DNA of 55,864 bases, filler included, from Dugesia japonica (lineage: Eukaryota), in NCBI GenBank assembly GCA_001938525.1. It is 4 parts of 4 records of this genome, joined end to end, with 100 filler letters (N's around TTAATTAATTAA, not from the genome) between each part and the next. Parts side by side here need not be neighbours in the genome. Positions count along the whole stretch, not along the records: positions 1 to 14,268 come from MQRL01617507.1; positions 14,369 to 32,457 come from MQRL01629082.1; 2 more parts are not named here. One strand, 5' to 3'. Positions 12,575-27,000 of this stretch are shown piece by piece. The first letter of the stretch is position 1. Each line of letters begins with the position of its first letter. Both the position numbers and the translations under genes were made by a program. Below the pieces are notes generated by a model that made no database searches, was not told the DNA's origin, and was given only the letters and a program-made list of their open reading frames with translations.

Positions 12575-12638
12575 AAGGGGTGGGAGATGCCAAAAATTTA
12601 TTGGGCCTTAGACACTATTGTTGCTCGCTACGCCACTG
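12575..12638. mobile_element. hAT-type TIR end (CAGTGGCGTAGC class)
   Basis: GCTACGCCACTG preceded by GC-rich subterminal GGGCC motifs; partner end not found. Confidence 0.45.
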
Positions 12639-12915
12639 CAACTTGTTTGATTACTTTTTATATTTGAAATTTCTAATTTATTTTCATTTAATTATATTAA
12701 TGGAAAATTTTATATAAACATTTTACAAAGAAACTTTACTTAATTCTAATAAAACTTAAGTCAATATCAAATGATATAATTGAAATCAAAAGAATTCAAG
12801 TAATTTGAAAAGTATATATTTCAATAAAATAGAAGATAAAAACAAAATATATTAAAATATTTAATATATTTAATTAATTATTTTCTGAGTGTAATACTAT
12901 AAAAAAAACGAATAT

Positions 12916-12946
<31 letters not shown>

Positions 12947-13581
12947 CTTATTTATTTATTTATTTATCTATTTATTTATTTATTATGTATTTATTAATTA
13001 ATTTAATTAATAATTAAATTTATTTATTATTGCTTTTGACTATATTTATTTTTAAGATCTTTTCAAAACGATATTGTTTTCATATTTTTAGGGAATATTT
13101 ACTATTAAATATGAAAATTATTCAAAAATAATTGTATGTTAATTTTTTTATTCAATTTAAAAAATTGTAAGAAATTACGTTTTCTTAACAATTGATTTCA
13201 TTTAATTAATTTTCAAAATTACTGTTTTTAATTTTTATGCTTTAAGCGACTCTTTGAAAACTAAATGAAAAAGTCTAGATTTTCATTAATAATGAACATA
13301 TTTTTTTTATTAAAACGAAATTTGAAAATTCAAAAAAGTTTTTAATTTAATTGTTTTAAAAATATTTAATTAATTAAAACAAAGAAACTTAAAATTTAGA
13401 TTGAAAAAATTGCGTGGTCTTTTTGAATTAAATAAATCTTTTATGAAATTATTTTTTAATTATCATATAATCATATGAATATATTTCATGTGTATTAATT
13501 TTACTATTAAATACGGATATGATTCTGAAACATTTAATGTCTACGGTATAAATATTTGAAACTTACATTAATCTTGCCAAA

Positions 13582-13650
13582 TCAGTGGTTCTCAACCTGT
13601 AAGCTGTGGCCCTTACCCGGCCGTAAATAAAATACTAGTGGGCCACCCAA
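13582..13650. mobile_element. hAT-Charlie-type TIR end
   Basis: CAGTGGTTCTCAACCTG followed by GGCCC/GGCCG subterminal motifs. Confidence 0.5.
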
Positions 13651-14268
13651 GGATTATTAAATGGTTTCATAATTAACCTTTCTGAATTTATCTCAAGGCT
13701 AGGCTACTTTTCCTAATAAGACCATGTTAACGATAGATAAAAAAACATTCAAATTATATCAAAAAAAGAAAATAGATAAGGTATAGGTTAACTAAAGCTT
13801 TAGGCTGTTAAAAATGCAGTCGAACTATAACTAAAATAATTGGAAGTGCGTAATTTTTCTTATATCGTTCAATACCATTGTTTTATGTTTGACGATATTA
13901 TTATTTGGTATAATTTGACCTTTTTATATNNNNNNNNNNNNNNNNNNATATAATATAAATGTGACTTATAAATTTCTACAAAATGGCTAAACATCTATTT
14001 GTATGATGATATCATACTTTATATTTACTTTTGAAATTAATAAAAAATCAAAAGCTATTATAAAATTTATCAAACGTTTCAAGATATTTTAAATTTAAAG
14101 GTATATTTTGAGAGTTTTTATATACTCCGCGTTAGAATGCTTTTCTATCTACTGATTAGTGGTTGGTTTTTGGTAAAAAAACAATGGCCTAAATTATATC
14201 TTTAGTTCAATATTATTCTTCCGTTTTATTTTAATTATATTTATGTTTAATAATAATAATAATAATAA

Positions 14269-14368
14269 NNNNNNNNNNNNNNNNNNNNNNNNNNNNNNNN
14301 NNNNNNNNNNNNTTAATTAATTAANNNNNNNNNNNNNNNNNNNNNNNNNNNNNNNNNNNNNNNNNNNN
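14269..14368. other. Artificial assembly spacer (44N-TTAATTAATTAA-44N)
   Basis: Six-frame stop linker at 14313-14324; identical 100-bp geometry at three sites. Confidence 0.95.
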
Positions 14369-15243
14369 GAAATTTTGATAAAAATTGAAGATTTTACAAG
14401 TGATTTTGAAATTAAGACTTCTATCCATTACCTTTTGGCTGATAAAATAGAAACAAATATGGTATTTTAAACAAAGAAGTTCGAAGTGTAAGAATAGATA
14501 CTCATATTTGAACATCATACAAATGGTTCTTAACTATACAGTCTGGTATAGTTCTACAATATTAACTCGGCGTCTACAATACAGACAAAAAACTTATCTT
14601 TACAGAAGTGCTCTCCAAAATGACTCACATTCTTTAAAAGAAAGTTTTGTAAAATAATCAAGGATCGTATAACAGGGTTTATACATACTAGCAAGGTTGA
14701 TGAAAAACATTATCTTTCCATAGTTGGTAAATATACGGAAGAAATGCTCGTAAACGGATTCGACTGTATTTAATAATTATCTTTCTGTAATTTCTTATAA
14801 AATCTAAAATACAAATATCTATAACAAACTTTTTAATAAATTACTTATTGATTTTATTGTAACTCCTTCAATATCAAAAGTTTTAATTGTAAAATTATTT
14901 ATTTATTAATTAGATATGCACAAATACAATTTACGAACTTGCGCATTATTTCTGTAAAACGATATAAAACAATAAAATACATCCGAAAAATTGTTATGTA
15001 TTAATCTAATACAAATATCAAATACTGATTACATTGATTAATTTTAGGATTTCCTTTGAAATATGATTTATAACTATTTAAAATGTAAATTACAATGATT
15101 ATTATTTTAATAAACTCCAATCTCGCAATTAGTTATTAATCAATAATTATAAAGCAATATGGATAAATTTAAATTATCAATGTAAAGAAACGAGTAATAA
15201 AAATATAAAAAATAAATAAGATCAATAAATAAAGCAAACTAAC

Positions 15244-18200
15244 CTGGACTGCCACAATCAGAGCAAACTTCATTTCCAGCTATACTTCTAATGAGATTTG
15301 CAACAGCACCTACAGATAAATTGAGATTATTATTTATATTATTTGAGTTGTCATTTGGACTATCTTGTGATGGGGCATAACCATTTTGACCGGAAATTTG
15401 AAAATCACTACTTTTTTTATTAGGTGGTGCAATTTGAAGTCTAAGTAATATAAGTGATTCAATTTTCATTACCCAATCATCTCTTTCTTCCAATGAACCC
15501 GCATCAAAATGCCATTGTCTGTTGTCGTTACCGATTAAAATGAATTCATACGACTCCTGATCTGTAATAAGAAATATAACAAATTCAGATTAACAAATTT
15601 TTCAAATAATTTGATTATAAATTTCGTAATCAAAACTTATGGTCCAAAACTGAGTTCAACTCAATGTGAACTTTAAAATCTTTAATCAATTAAACTTTAA
15701 ATTAAAAAAAATAATTTTTAAAAGTATTTTGATGAAATCAATAGAGGGGACTTGATAAATGATTTNNNNNNNNNNNNNNNNNNNNNNNNNNNNNNNNNNN
15801 NNNNNNNNNNNNNNNNNNNNNNNNNNNNNNNNNNNNNNNNNNNNNNNNNNNNNNNNNNNNNNNNNNNNNNNNNNNNNNNNNNNNNNNNNNNNNNNATGAT
15901 TAATCAATAATAATTGAATTAAACATTATGTACAAATCATCGATATTTTCGTTTTTTAGAAACACCGCATTATATTCAGTGCTAAAAATCAATTATTTAC
16001 AATTTATTGAGAAATTTCCCATTACCTTCGTATTAACTAATATTATATGGAATTATTAAGAAACTAAAAATTGGTATCCGTTAAATCAGGTCAAATATTT
16101 ATTGTCCTTTTTATGTAAGTTGTTTTAGCAGAACAAGAAATTAGACTTAGGCTCCCCGGATGCGTTACCTTTATACCGAATTTCTGATAAGTAAAAGTCA
16201 AACATAACAATTTCCTTTATACAGTCAACCTTAAAGATCATCGAATTATGCGACCCAACAAAGCCGTATCCTAAAATGCTGATAAAGAAGTGACGATCGA
16301 TCCTAGTGTCAGCTTTGCTACTAATGTAAAACATTTACAATTCAAAGTCAAAATTTTGAAATATAAATATTAGATTAAAGAAAATGAAGAAATAAAAAAT
16401 CCGAATGTGATTTAAGCGGATATTCTTGATATGTGCAGAATTCATAAATAGAAAGTTTTCTCGTTATTATGTGTATTATGGAAACGAAGATTATATATAG
16501 ACATAAATACAAACAAACCATAATGAATGTTAATTGGGCATTAAAATAATTTGATTATTCATAAAACAATCGGACTTCTCAAAACTAAAAAATAATAATA
16601 ATTCCATAAAGTGTAATCCAATATCATTAAAAAGGAAACATAATTCAAATATAAACAGTTGATAACAGTTAATCCATCATTTTTTTCCATATTTTTGATG
16701 ATGCTAAAATGTGATCAATCGCAAAAAATTGTTTTATGATTGTTATGTAAATCGTTCAAAGATAATTTGAAGGAATTTATAATTTAAGACATTTTTATTC
16801 ACAATAATCAAAGATAAATATTTATCAAAACATTGTGTAATAGCATTAATTTCTTTTCCTTATTTCCTTATTTCCTTATAATGGTAATGGTAATCAATGT
16901 ATTAAAAATTATTAAAACTATTACAACCGTATTACAAGGTATAAATGATAAAAAAAACTGACCGATATATTTTTAAATGAATTATTATTGAGTAAAATAT
17001 TCTGATTTAACTTTTTGGAAAACACCGAAAATTTAAGATACTATGATTTTCCACCAGAGACCAAGGGCCTTACAATGGGGAAAAGTATATTAACGTGCGG
17101 TCTATTGAAATTTACAAAAAGCAGCTTATGAAAGATTATTGTAATTTGTATTCATATGGACACTTTCAACTTCTATTAAACCATGAATTTTAGCAGAAAA
17201 CTCGATTAAGAAGTAAAACAATACAAACTTGAATTTTCTGACAGTTGTTTTTCATGGAATAAAGTCTTTCCAATATTTTCTTACTATGAAATTATCGGAG
17301 AATTATTTTATCAAAATTAATAAACTTCTAATAATAAAATTATACGAAAATGGTAAATTTTATTAACAAAATATTTCGCAAAACATTATTTGTTCAAATA
17401 TTTTCTAGATAAACTTCTAAAATATCTTAGAATTATAAAACTAAAACATAAATAATAGTAGCTCGTATATTGTTCTTTCTTCGTAGTTAAATTCGGATTT
17501 TACTTTTCGTTAAAATTCAGAATATCTAACAAATAACTAAAACTTAAAAGTTGACTAATTTAAAACTCATTTTCATTGCTATTAATGTTAATATGTCTGT
17601 AAAGAGTCAAAATCTCAAAGTACAGTTATCCATAATGACCTACTTTAGTTACAAAAAAGATGAATTTATTAAAATACTCAGATAAATTAATATGTTTTAC
17701 ATAAAACAAAATCTAATTTTATTTATATAAATATATAATATTTATATATTTCTTAATTTATTATTTTATCCCACTGAAAAATGATACAACTTATATCAAG
17801 AAAATTCTTATTTTTCCAATGTTTTAGTTAAAGTGAGAAATTTATTTCAAATTTATATACAAATTAAACAATCCCACTACAAAATTGTATGCATCCACCA
17901 ACCATCATCATTGGTCACTTTCGGATTTGATTTCATTCTGCGATGTCGTTTGTTACGAACCGAAGAGTCTTTAATACGAGAGTCTGCATTGGAAGAACAA
18001 TCGATAACAGATGAGAGTCCATGATCAATCAGGTAAGCTAAGCAAGAAAATATTTAAAAACTGTCTTAATAAAGGACATGCAAGATGCACATATTTTGTA
18101 ATACCAATCATACAATAAGCAAGCAGAATGACCTCTTACCAAGTGGGGATGTGCAACAGCAAATTTGCAGATTCAGGTAACGCCACAAACAGGTGTAATA

Positions 18201-20994
18201 TAGAAAATTAATATAGCGTTAAATTATGAATCTGATGCAAATTTATAAATATTTTGTCTAAAACGAAGATTTCCTCTTAAATGAGTTTAATAATCTTTAT
18301 TCTCTATTAACTTATTCGAAATTTTTACTTATTCTTTCAAACACACATTAAAACACACTATTTTATTATTACAGAGTTATTCATAATTATAAATAAATTA
18401 TTCAAATGTATAAAGCATTAATAATTATATTCTTTAATCACATGAGACCAAATCTTCTAAAGAAATAGTAAAGGCTTCTTTGAAATCAAGATTTATTGCA
18501 TACACGAATTTTATTCCAAAAATGAAAACTTTAGATATCAATCATGTGATTTAATAAACCATTTCCCGATCAATTTGAGCATTTCCCCAATGAATTTGGG
18601 CCAAATATAATTTTAAAGTAAACGATATTTTAAATATAAAAATACTTTAAATGTGAAATATAAAAATTTTATTGATGAATATAAGGCAGTCCTGCTGCAC
18701 AATTAACAATGTTACATTGTACATAACCAAAATATCCCGCACAGTTTCCAGATATGGTTTCTCAAAATCCACAGTTAACATTAAGAAAAATAAAATCAAA
18801 AAATAAAATCTTCTCCTAATTTGAATCAATCTATTTTTACTACCTCAATTGACAGATGCTTGAAAAAACTTAAAACCACTATGAAATTAACACAAACGGA
18901 GATTGATAAAGTCAATCAACCCGATAAGATATTTGAACGAAAATTGTACTCTCATTGGTACAATAATAGAAACTTTGAAAATGCAGTGTTTATGGATGAG
19001 TCATTACATTAACTTACATATTAAAAGATCGATGTCTAGATCTAAAATTGGAACTCAACCTATATCTGTTCTAGTAACAAGAGTAAGATCTGTTGCATTG
19101 ATTTTAAGCATTACAAACGGAATAGGGTTTTCTAAAAAAATATCTCAGTCCACGGTCAAGGGTGAAATTTTTACAGAATATTTAAATGAATTGTGTACTT
19201 ATTTACGCGATGATAATAACTTTAAAAATGCGTGTTTAATTCTGGACAACGCCCGAGTTCATAAGAGAGATAATTTACAAAGAATAACAGATTAATTCGG
19301 ATTTCAATTAAAATTTTTATCACCTTATTAGTACATGCTAAACTCGATTGAAAATGCATTTTCAAAAATTAAAAGTTTTGTTAGATCTAGGAATATGAAG
19401 GTGATGTCTACATTAATACGTCAAGAAGTAGCAAATGTAACTGCCGGAAACTGTGCAGAATATTTTAGTTATGTGCAATGCCACATTGTTAATTGTGCAG
19501 CAGGACTGCCTTATATTCATCAATAAAATTTTTATTTTATTTTTAAACTTTTTATTATATTTTACATTTAAACTATTTTTATATTTAGAATATAGTTTTC
19601 TTTAAAATGATATTTTGTCAAAATTGACCTGAAAATGGTTTATGTTAAATAAAGAAATGGCCAAATTATTACGCATTTCTTCGCTGAAATAATTTTATTG
19701 AGAATATGATCTCAAAATCACTGAAGTATTCAATTTCCTGCATCGATATAGGCTGGCATTTCTTTTACTTGTTCAGTGAAAGCTTTGGCCTGAAACCAGT
19801 CAAAGCGACAATGCTGAATTAGCTGCATTAATCCAGGATTATTGCTCGTTAATACAAAAGCTATCAAATAAAAACTTGATGAATGTGAAATAACTACTAG
19901 AGAACCAAGCAACCCGCGTCAATTAAATCTTTGAGTATCACTAGTAAAAGTTAGATCGTTAACCAGACGTCACTTCAAGACTACGAATTATTGGTATAAG
20001 ACAAGCTGACTCAAGAGAAACAATGCTTACAATTAAATGCAGTTTCAATCAGCATACAACGACTGAGTATGGATAACTTCCCTATGCTTTTATTTCTTCC
20101 AAATTGTGGAAGGAATGCCATTATTAATTATTAAATTTTAAACCATTATAAATTACCAATGGTCACTTTTACATTGTCTCTGAAAGAATTGTTCTGAAAA
20201 TTACATTGTTATTTGAGGCAATCCAGAGTTCTACAGATCAGGAATCGTAAATTCAAAAAACTTTCAAAGGAAGTATTTACAACCTTAATCAGGGAAATTT
20301 AATTAAGAATTGTTCTATTGGTCATCACTNTTCATCTCAAGCTAAGAAACATGAAATAAACCAAAATATAAATTTACTTATCAATCAAATTAATTCTGGT
20401 GCAAAATTAGCCTGTCTTATTTTTATGATCATATAAGATCTACTTTTGATTTATATTTTCAAAGGATTCATTAAAATATTAAATTTTTGTCACATATTAT
20501 TGATAATGGATAAGAATAAATATAATCAATTATAAAACAAATCCAAAAGGCCATAAAAAAATTAAATTATATGCTGTCTATTAATCATCTTTGGTATATT
20601 CTTAATTTTTTTTATAATTCTGAATACTTTATCATTGTATAAACTTTATATAGAATTATGAATAACATTGTAACATGATTAAAATAAAATTTAACATTTT
20701 TAATTGTCATGGTCAATGTCAAAAAATCGAATTTTGATTAATGTTTATTTTATACTATTGTAAAAAAAATTTATATCAAACCACTTTTATGCAAATTTTA
20801 CAGTAATCTTTAAATTAAAATTATTTAAATTGAGGATGATGAAAATTACTTATTTTTCATGTTATAAAAATGGACGATGCATTCTAATTTGCTTATCAAA
20901 TTTACTATTTTAGTATATTACATAGTAATTATCATTTTAAAGTACTATTATTATAATGAAATCATGAAATAAAAGTATTGCTATACAAGCTTGC

Positions 20995-21063
<69 letters not shown>

Positions 21064-24000
21064 NNNNNNNNNNNNNNNNNNNNNNNNNNNNNNNNNNNNN
21101 NNNNNNNNNNNNNNNNNNNNNNATAATAATAATGATAATAATAATAATGATAATAATAATAATGATAATAATAATAATGATAATAATAATAATTAATGTA
21201 TGAATGAAGTAATAAATTATTTAAAAATAGACGAAAATAATTTTATTTCATCAAACGAGTTAAAAAAATTACCGTACTTGTTCAAATATTCGAGTACAGG
21301 TTTATAACTTGTATTTTAAAAATATATTAAATTTTTTTTGAAAAATTTGCACTAATTGTCTTAATTTTAGTGTAAATATAAGAAATCAAATTTTCCTGAA
21401 GAAGCCACATGTCTAAAATTTGAATTTATTGAAAACTTCAATTTTTAGAACGAAGGAATTCACTGAAATTCAATTTACAGTAGTTTTCAACTGTGGCTTA
21501 ATTGTACTCATTTTTATCTTTATCGAAAATTTTTTCAATACAAATTAGCTTCTTTTCATTCTCTCAGCAAAGATTTCCAGGTCTTAAACTCCAAATTTTT
21601 TCATCCTCCGATCCGTCACAGTCAAGGAAGGATTTGAAAATTAATTTCATTATTATCGAGTGCAGGTGCTTCCATGTTCTCCTTTCTAATACCTTTAAAT
21701 TCATCAAGAGCCATAAATTCATAAAATTGATGAAAAATAGTTGTTCCAATAAAAAAACGCAGGCTGAATATATTTCACACATCCTGTTTGAATAATCGAC
21801 ACTTGACATCCCTTTATCAAGTTTAACAGCAAAATACGACAGCGATATGCATCGTTAAAAAATCTACTTGAATTTCTAATTAGCCCGTTAATTTTTCAAT
21901 TTCCAAAAGCTACTTATACATACTGCTTGATCAATTCTTCCAGAATCACTGCTATATATATATATATATATAAACGATTCCAGTGTATTTATTTTCCCGA
22001 GCTTTAATAGGAGTTACAAGGAACAAAAGAAGATAAACTTGGTATTTTTTGCCATCTGTCGATGATATTAGCATAACTATATAACGCAATTTCTCATTGC
22101 GAGTACTCTTATCTGTCTTGGCGCCTATATGTTACAGTGTTGTATAATCAACGTGATCGATCCACGGTGGTGTTTCATCATTCCCAAAGTTTGAGCTTAA
22201 TGGTAATTCCTGTCTGCTTTGCGATTGCCTTGAATATATAATAAAATTTACGATCTTCTAGACATAATCTTCTAGGATATTTTGTCCACAAGTAGTGACT
22301 ATTAAAAGAATTAGGCTATTTCTTAAGAGTTTACTCAGCCATCCATCAGAAGCAATGTTTCTGTTGCAAGTGCACTAGCAATATAAATTTCAGTTGTAAA
22401 ATCGTTTTTGTTACGCGATCTTTTGACTTTCCCAACTGATTTGTATATTTTACAATACCGTGCTCAACTTCGACTAAGACGGATTCGCACTTTCCTTAGT
22501 TTTTCGCTTCTCGGAGATTTGTTTCCGATTTTCTCCATTCATTAATCAATTTTTTATTGCATAAAAACAGGAGTTTCTGTATTGCCAACATAATTTACAA
22601 ATTTAAATGATCGTAGCTTGATTTGGAAAGTATAGTTGCCTTCTTTGTTGTACCGCAGGTAATTTATTCGATAGATCATTTCACATTAGTAATTCTTGGT
22701 TTTTATAATATTTATAGACAATATCAATTGATAAGTAGACATGTTATTCATTAAAATGTTGCCTGCTGCCTATTTATTTTTTATAAAAAAATGTTATAAA
22801 TGTACATGTTTTTGAAAATATAAATATGTAGTAAATATATAAAAAATTTTAAAAATACTATATAATTGTGAAGTCATTTTTATGACAAGCTCCTTTATTC
22901 AAATTATGCTTTTAATTAATATTTTATTCAGAAATTTCGTGAAAATGAGCTACTATTTATAGATAATGTGGTCTTTATTTGACTGCACATTTTATTCGAA
23001 CAAATACGGTATTCATTTCAGAAGTAATATTCGATTATAGGTACTTAAAAAGTATTGTGTAGTGAAAGAAAAACCTAGTTTTAAATAAAATTAGAAATAT
23101 ATGGTCGGTTCAATTTATACTATTAGTCTAATTTTTTTGAATCTAGCAATCGAAAGTGTAACTACTAATTAAAACCTTTATTAATTAAGCATAGGTTAAT
23201 GTTAACTGTTGATATTATTCTAAATATAGACAATTTATTTTCATAAAANNNNNNNNNNNNNNNNNNNNNNNNNNNNNNNNNNNNNNNNNNNNNNNNNNNN
23301 NNNNNNNNNNNNNNNNNNNNNNNNNNNNNNNNNNNNNNNNNNNNNNNNNNNNNNNNNNNNNNNATTTTACATACGTGATTTAACGAATGAGATATGCAAA
23401 AGATCTTTATTATTCAGAAGTTTAATTTGGTAACAAAAAATTATGTAAAATTTGCTTTGATTCATAAAATATTATTGAAAAGTTAAAATTTTAGAGATAA
23501 AGTAAAATTTTATAAATTATAAAATGCAAAATATTTGGCTCATTAAATTTGTTTGTAAAAACAGATTTAAATGTTTTTTCTTTTATTTTTAATGAGTTTT
23601 CAATGGATCCAAATACTATTCTAAATTCAACGGTAAGTTTCGTAAACTCACTTAACAACAAATGTAAATTAAAAATATATTAATAAGTATAAACATAATT
23701 CTGAATTTAGAACATATTTTTATTCTTACGGTAATTTTACCAATCACCAAAAACTACTAAAAAATGAATATGTTTACAAAACNGAAATAGATAAGCAAAT
23801 TACACTAATAAATAAAACTGATATAAAAAAACTATATAAAATATACCATGTTTTTATATAGTATATGTATTTTAATGTCAACGTCATTTTTTATTAATTA
23901 AATTACTAGTTACAATTATTAAAATATTACTGTCCTTATAATTAAGGAAAAACAATATTTTTTCTCCTATTTTATATGATTTATTTGTTAAGATTTTAGG

Positions 24001-27000
24001 TTGTATTTGAAATTTGCTATAAAAACTCGTGGTTTTTGGTTTTGAGATAAACTACCTTTCCGCTTAATCAACNAAAAACTACTACAAATGTATTTAATTT
24101 ATTCTATTTAAATTATAAAACAGAAGATAAATTTTTTAAAAAATGGGCGTTATAAAGTCAATCATACAATCCAACACCAGAAGAAACTCATATTTCAAAG
24201 AAATTTTTCGTACCGATGAACTTTATATAAATCTATAATTATGTTAATTTAATTTAATAAATTCAAAGGAAAATATATATGTGCACACATGCATCAATAA
24301 AATTAAAATTCACACAACACTAGGATTAAATGTAAACTTAATTTCGAAGAACACCAACTAAAACTTTCATGTCAAAATAAAGCAAACCTAGACCAAGAAT
24401 CACCAGAGATTTATTGATATTGATATAAAGACAAGAAAAAGTAAAGATTCCATTTCAATTTTAAAAAGAAAAGCACCCACCGGTGGTCATGGAATCAGAT
24501 ACGAGAGTAGGACCAATGTGTTCTGGGATGATACATGCAATTAAATTTATGACTTGAATATATATGACAAATTAACCTTGAGAAGTATTATTTTTTGATT
24601 TGGAGATTTGCTGAATACTTTGAAACGGTGCTGGTTGAGGGTTTGCATTAGGAGTAGTTGGCAGACAACTATTTCGATAGGGAACACCGGGAATTTTGAT
24701 TGAAGTTAGCTTAAGATCAACTTCTTTGCCTCTTACTTGATTCATATAATCCTAGAAAAGATATTGTAAATGAATTATTTTTGATTAAAAAATATTTCCT
24801 TTATGAAGAACAAATACTATTTAAATCATGTCTTTTATAAAAGGTTTCGTAAAATAAAATACAATTAAACCTAATAAACACAATAGAGTTAGTAAAATTT
24901 CAACAAATAGTATGAATATTGGAAAATGATTTTATTACAAAATTATATAATAAAAATAAAACGATAAAAAAATTTACTTTCTAAAANNNNNNNNNNNNNN
25001 NNNNNNNNNNNNNNNNNNNNNNNNNNNNNNNNNNNNNNNNNNNNNNNNNNNNNNNNNNNNNNNNNNNNNNNNNNNNNNNNNNNNNNNNNNNNNNNNNNNN
25101 NNNNNNNNNNNNNNNNNNNNNNNNNNNNNNNNNNNNNNNNNNNNNNNNNNNNNNNNNNNNNNNNNNNNNNNNNNNNNNNNNNNNNNNNNNNNNNNNNNNN
25201 NNNNNNNNNNNNNNNNNNNNNNNNNNNNNNNNNNNNNNNNNNTATAAATAATATATAATAAAAAACAAATCATACATTCATATTCGGATAATAAGTTAAT
25301 TTTGCATCTTCAGTCAAAGTGACATACTTTCGATTTTTTCTGTCTTTGTTTAACTGATTGCTAGACTTCTTGAACAGGTAGTTCTAAAACAAAAATTATT
25401 TATAAATAACATTATATAGCAAAAGTTTAATTTTTATTGAATACAATACCATTTTAATACTGTTAGATGAGTTTGAAGTACTTGTTGGATCATTAATGTA
25501 AAAACTAATTTCCAATACTAATTGTTTATTCCAATAAATCAAAATTCCAGATTGGTGATCATTTTTCAAATTATTTAAAATTTATTTAAGGTTCTTTAAA
25601 ATTTTGTACTTTATTATTAAATCGTCATTGAAAATTTAAAACAAAATACTCATACCTTATTTAAATTTTCNNNNNNNNNNNNNNNNNNNNNNNNNNNNNN
25701 NNNNNNNNNNNNNNNNNNNNNNNNNNNNNNNNNNNNNNNACTCGCTTTTCAAAACATACTCACAAATACCATTTTTAAATTAACTAATTATTTAAATAGA
25801 AACAATTATAATTTTTATGTTTTCAAGTTATAACATAACTATTATCTTCATTCATTCACAGATGACTATTCTAACAATGTACAATTTAAATAATATAATT
25901 GGAATTTAAAAAAATAGAAATTCAAATTCCGGTAAATACTTATTTTTAATTTTGTAAATTATTTTTTTGTTGTTATACAAATTATATTCAAACACAAACA
26001 GTTAATTTGATTTCAAATATTTAGAAAATTGCGTGCTAAAGAAACATTCAAAATATATAACCGTTATATTATCGAAATTAATATCTATAAAATTAGCAGA
26101 TAAACTTTTGATGCAGGTCAAAATTATAATTAACTGGGCTATTTATATTTTTTTTAATTTTTCTATAGAAATCAATGATAATTGTGAAAAGTGAAATAAA
26201 ATGTAATTATAATAATAACCAAACAAATAAAAACACTTTAAAAACTATTAATTCAATTGTAAAATAAAAATTAAATATTATAAAAACGTTAATTTTTTCA
26301 CATTTTCTGAACAAACTATAAAGGTAGCTTGGTAATAGTAATAATAAATGTAGACAAATAAAACACAAGAAAAGATTTTGGAAAAAAACTCAATTTTCTT
26401 CGGAGTCTCAGCTATAAGGATCATTTTTTTAAATTTAAAAGCAAACTATGATAAATAGAGCAATGAAATAGGATAATTAAATGCTTGTATTGAATCTGAA
26501 TCATGATGATCGGTTGAAGAATTAGTGAGAAATTTTGATTTTTATATATTAGGAAAATATCAACGAGCGCAGCAAAACCGATTGGAGCGATGGACAATTT
26601 CTATTTAAGAATATTTTACAAAATCGCGATATTACAATATTTAATTATCACTTTTTACTTAAGGCTGATGAATGTGTAATATGTATTTTAACAATACGTA
26701 TTTTAGTATATCATAAGATTTAATCCTTACATATCATAACACTACACGCGTTCAACGCAATTACCAACAAACGTTAATAAATATTTTCATCAAAAAAAAA
26801 TTCAAAGGGCGATGACATTTTTTAGAAAATAATATAAAATGATNCTTAAAAAAGTAAGGTTTAAACATCAAAAAATCTATGTAAGAATATTGCTTTTGTT
26901 TAAATATTAAAAATAAATAAAATGCTTGGTTTCTTTTTAAAAATGATAATGGACTTAACTTCGCTCAAAAAACTTTTGTAAATAAATTTCATTAATTATG

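Noticed and set aside
14313-14324. Recurring TTAATTAATTAA as a biological motif or repeat-spacer array
   Set aside because: Always centred in exactly 44+44 N, so an assembly linker; no CRISPR-like array seen anywhere in the window
5425-15244. GPCR nested in an intron of AGAP on the same strand
   Set aside because: A synthetic spacer at 14269-14368 separates them, so linkage is not shown
16125-16334. Moderately GC-rich segment with splice-like sites in an AGAP intron
   Set aside because: No stop-free spliced frame and no recognisable domain on either strand
18140-18257. Extra AGAP exon with a GTAAG donor
   Set aside because: Stop codon in the required phase from the nearest acceptor
19990-20290. 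Helitron helicase C-terminal relic (TNGHFYIVSER, SKEVF)
   Set aside because: Resemblance to FSHGQLYVALSR is too weak to support without a search
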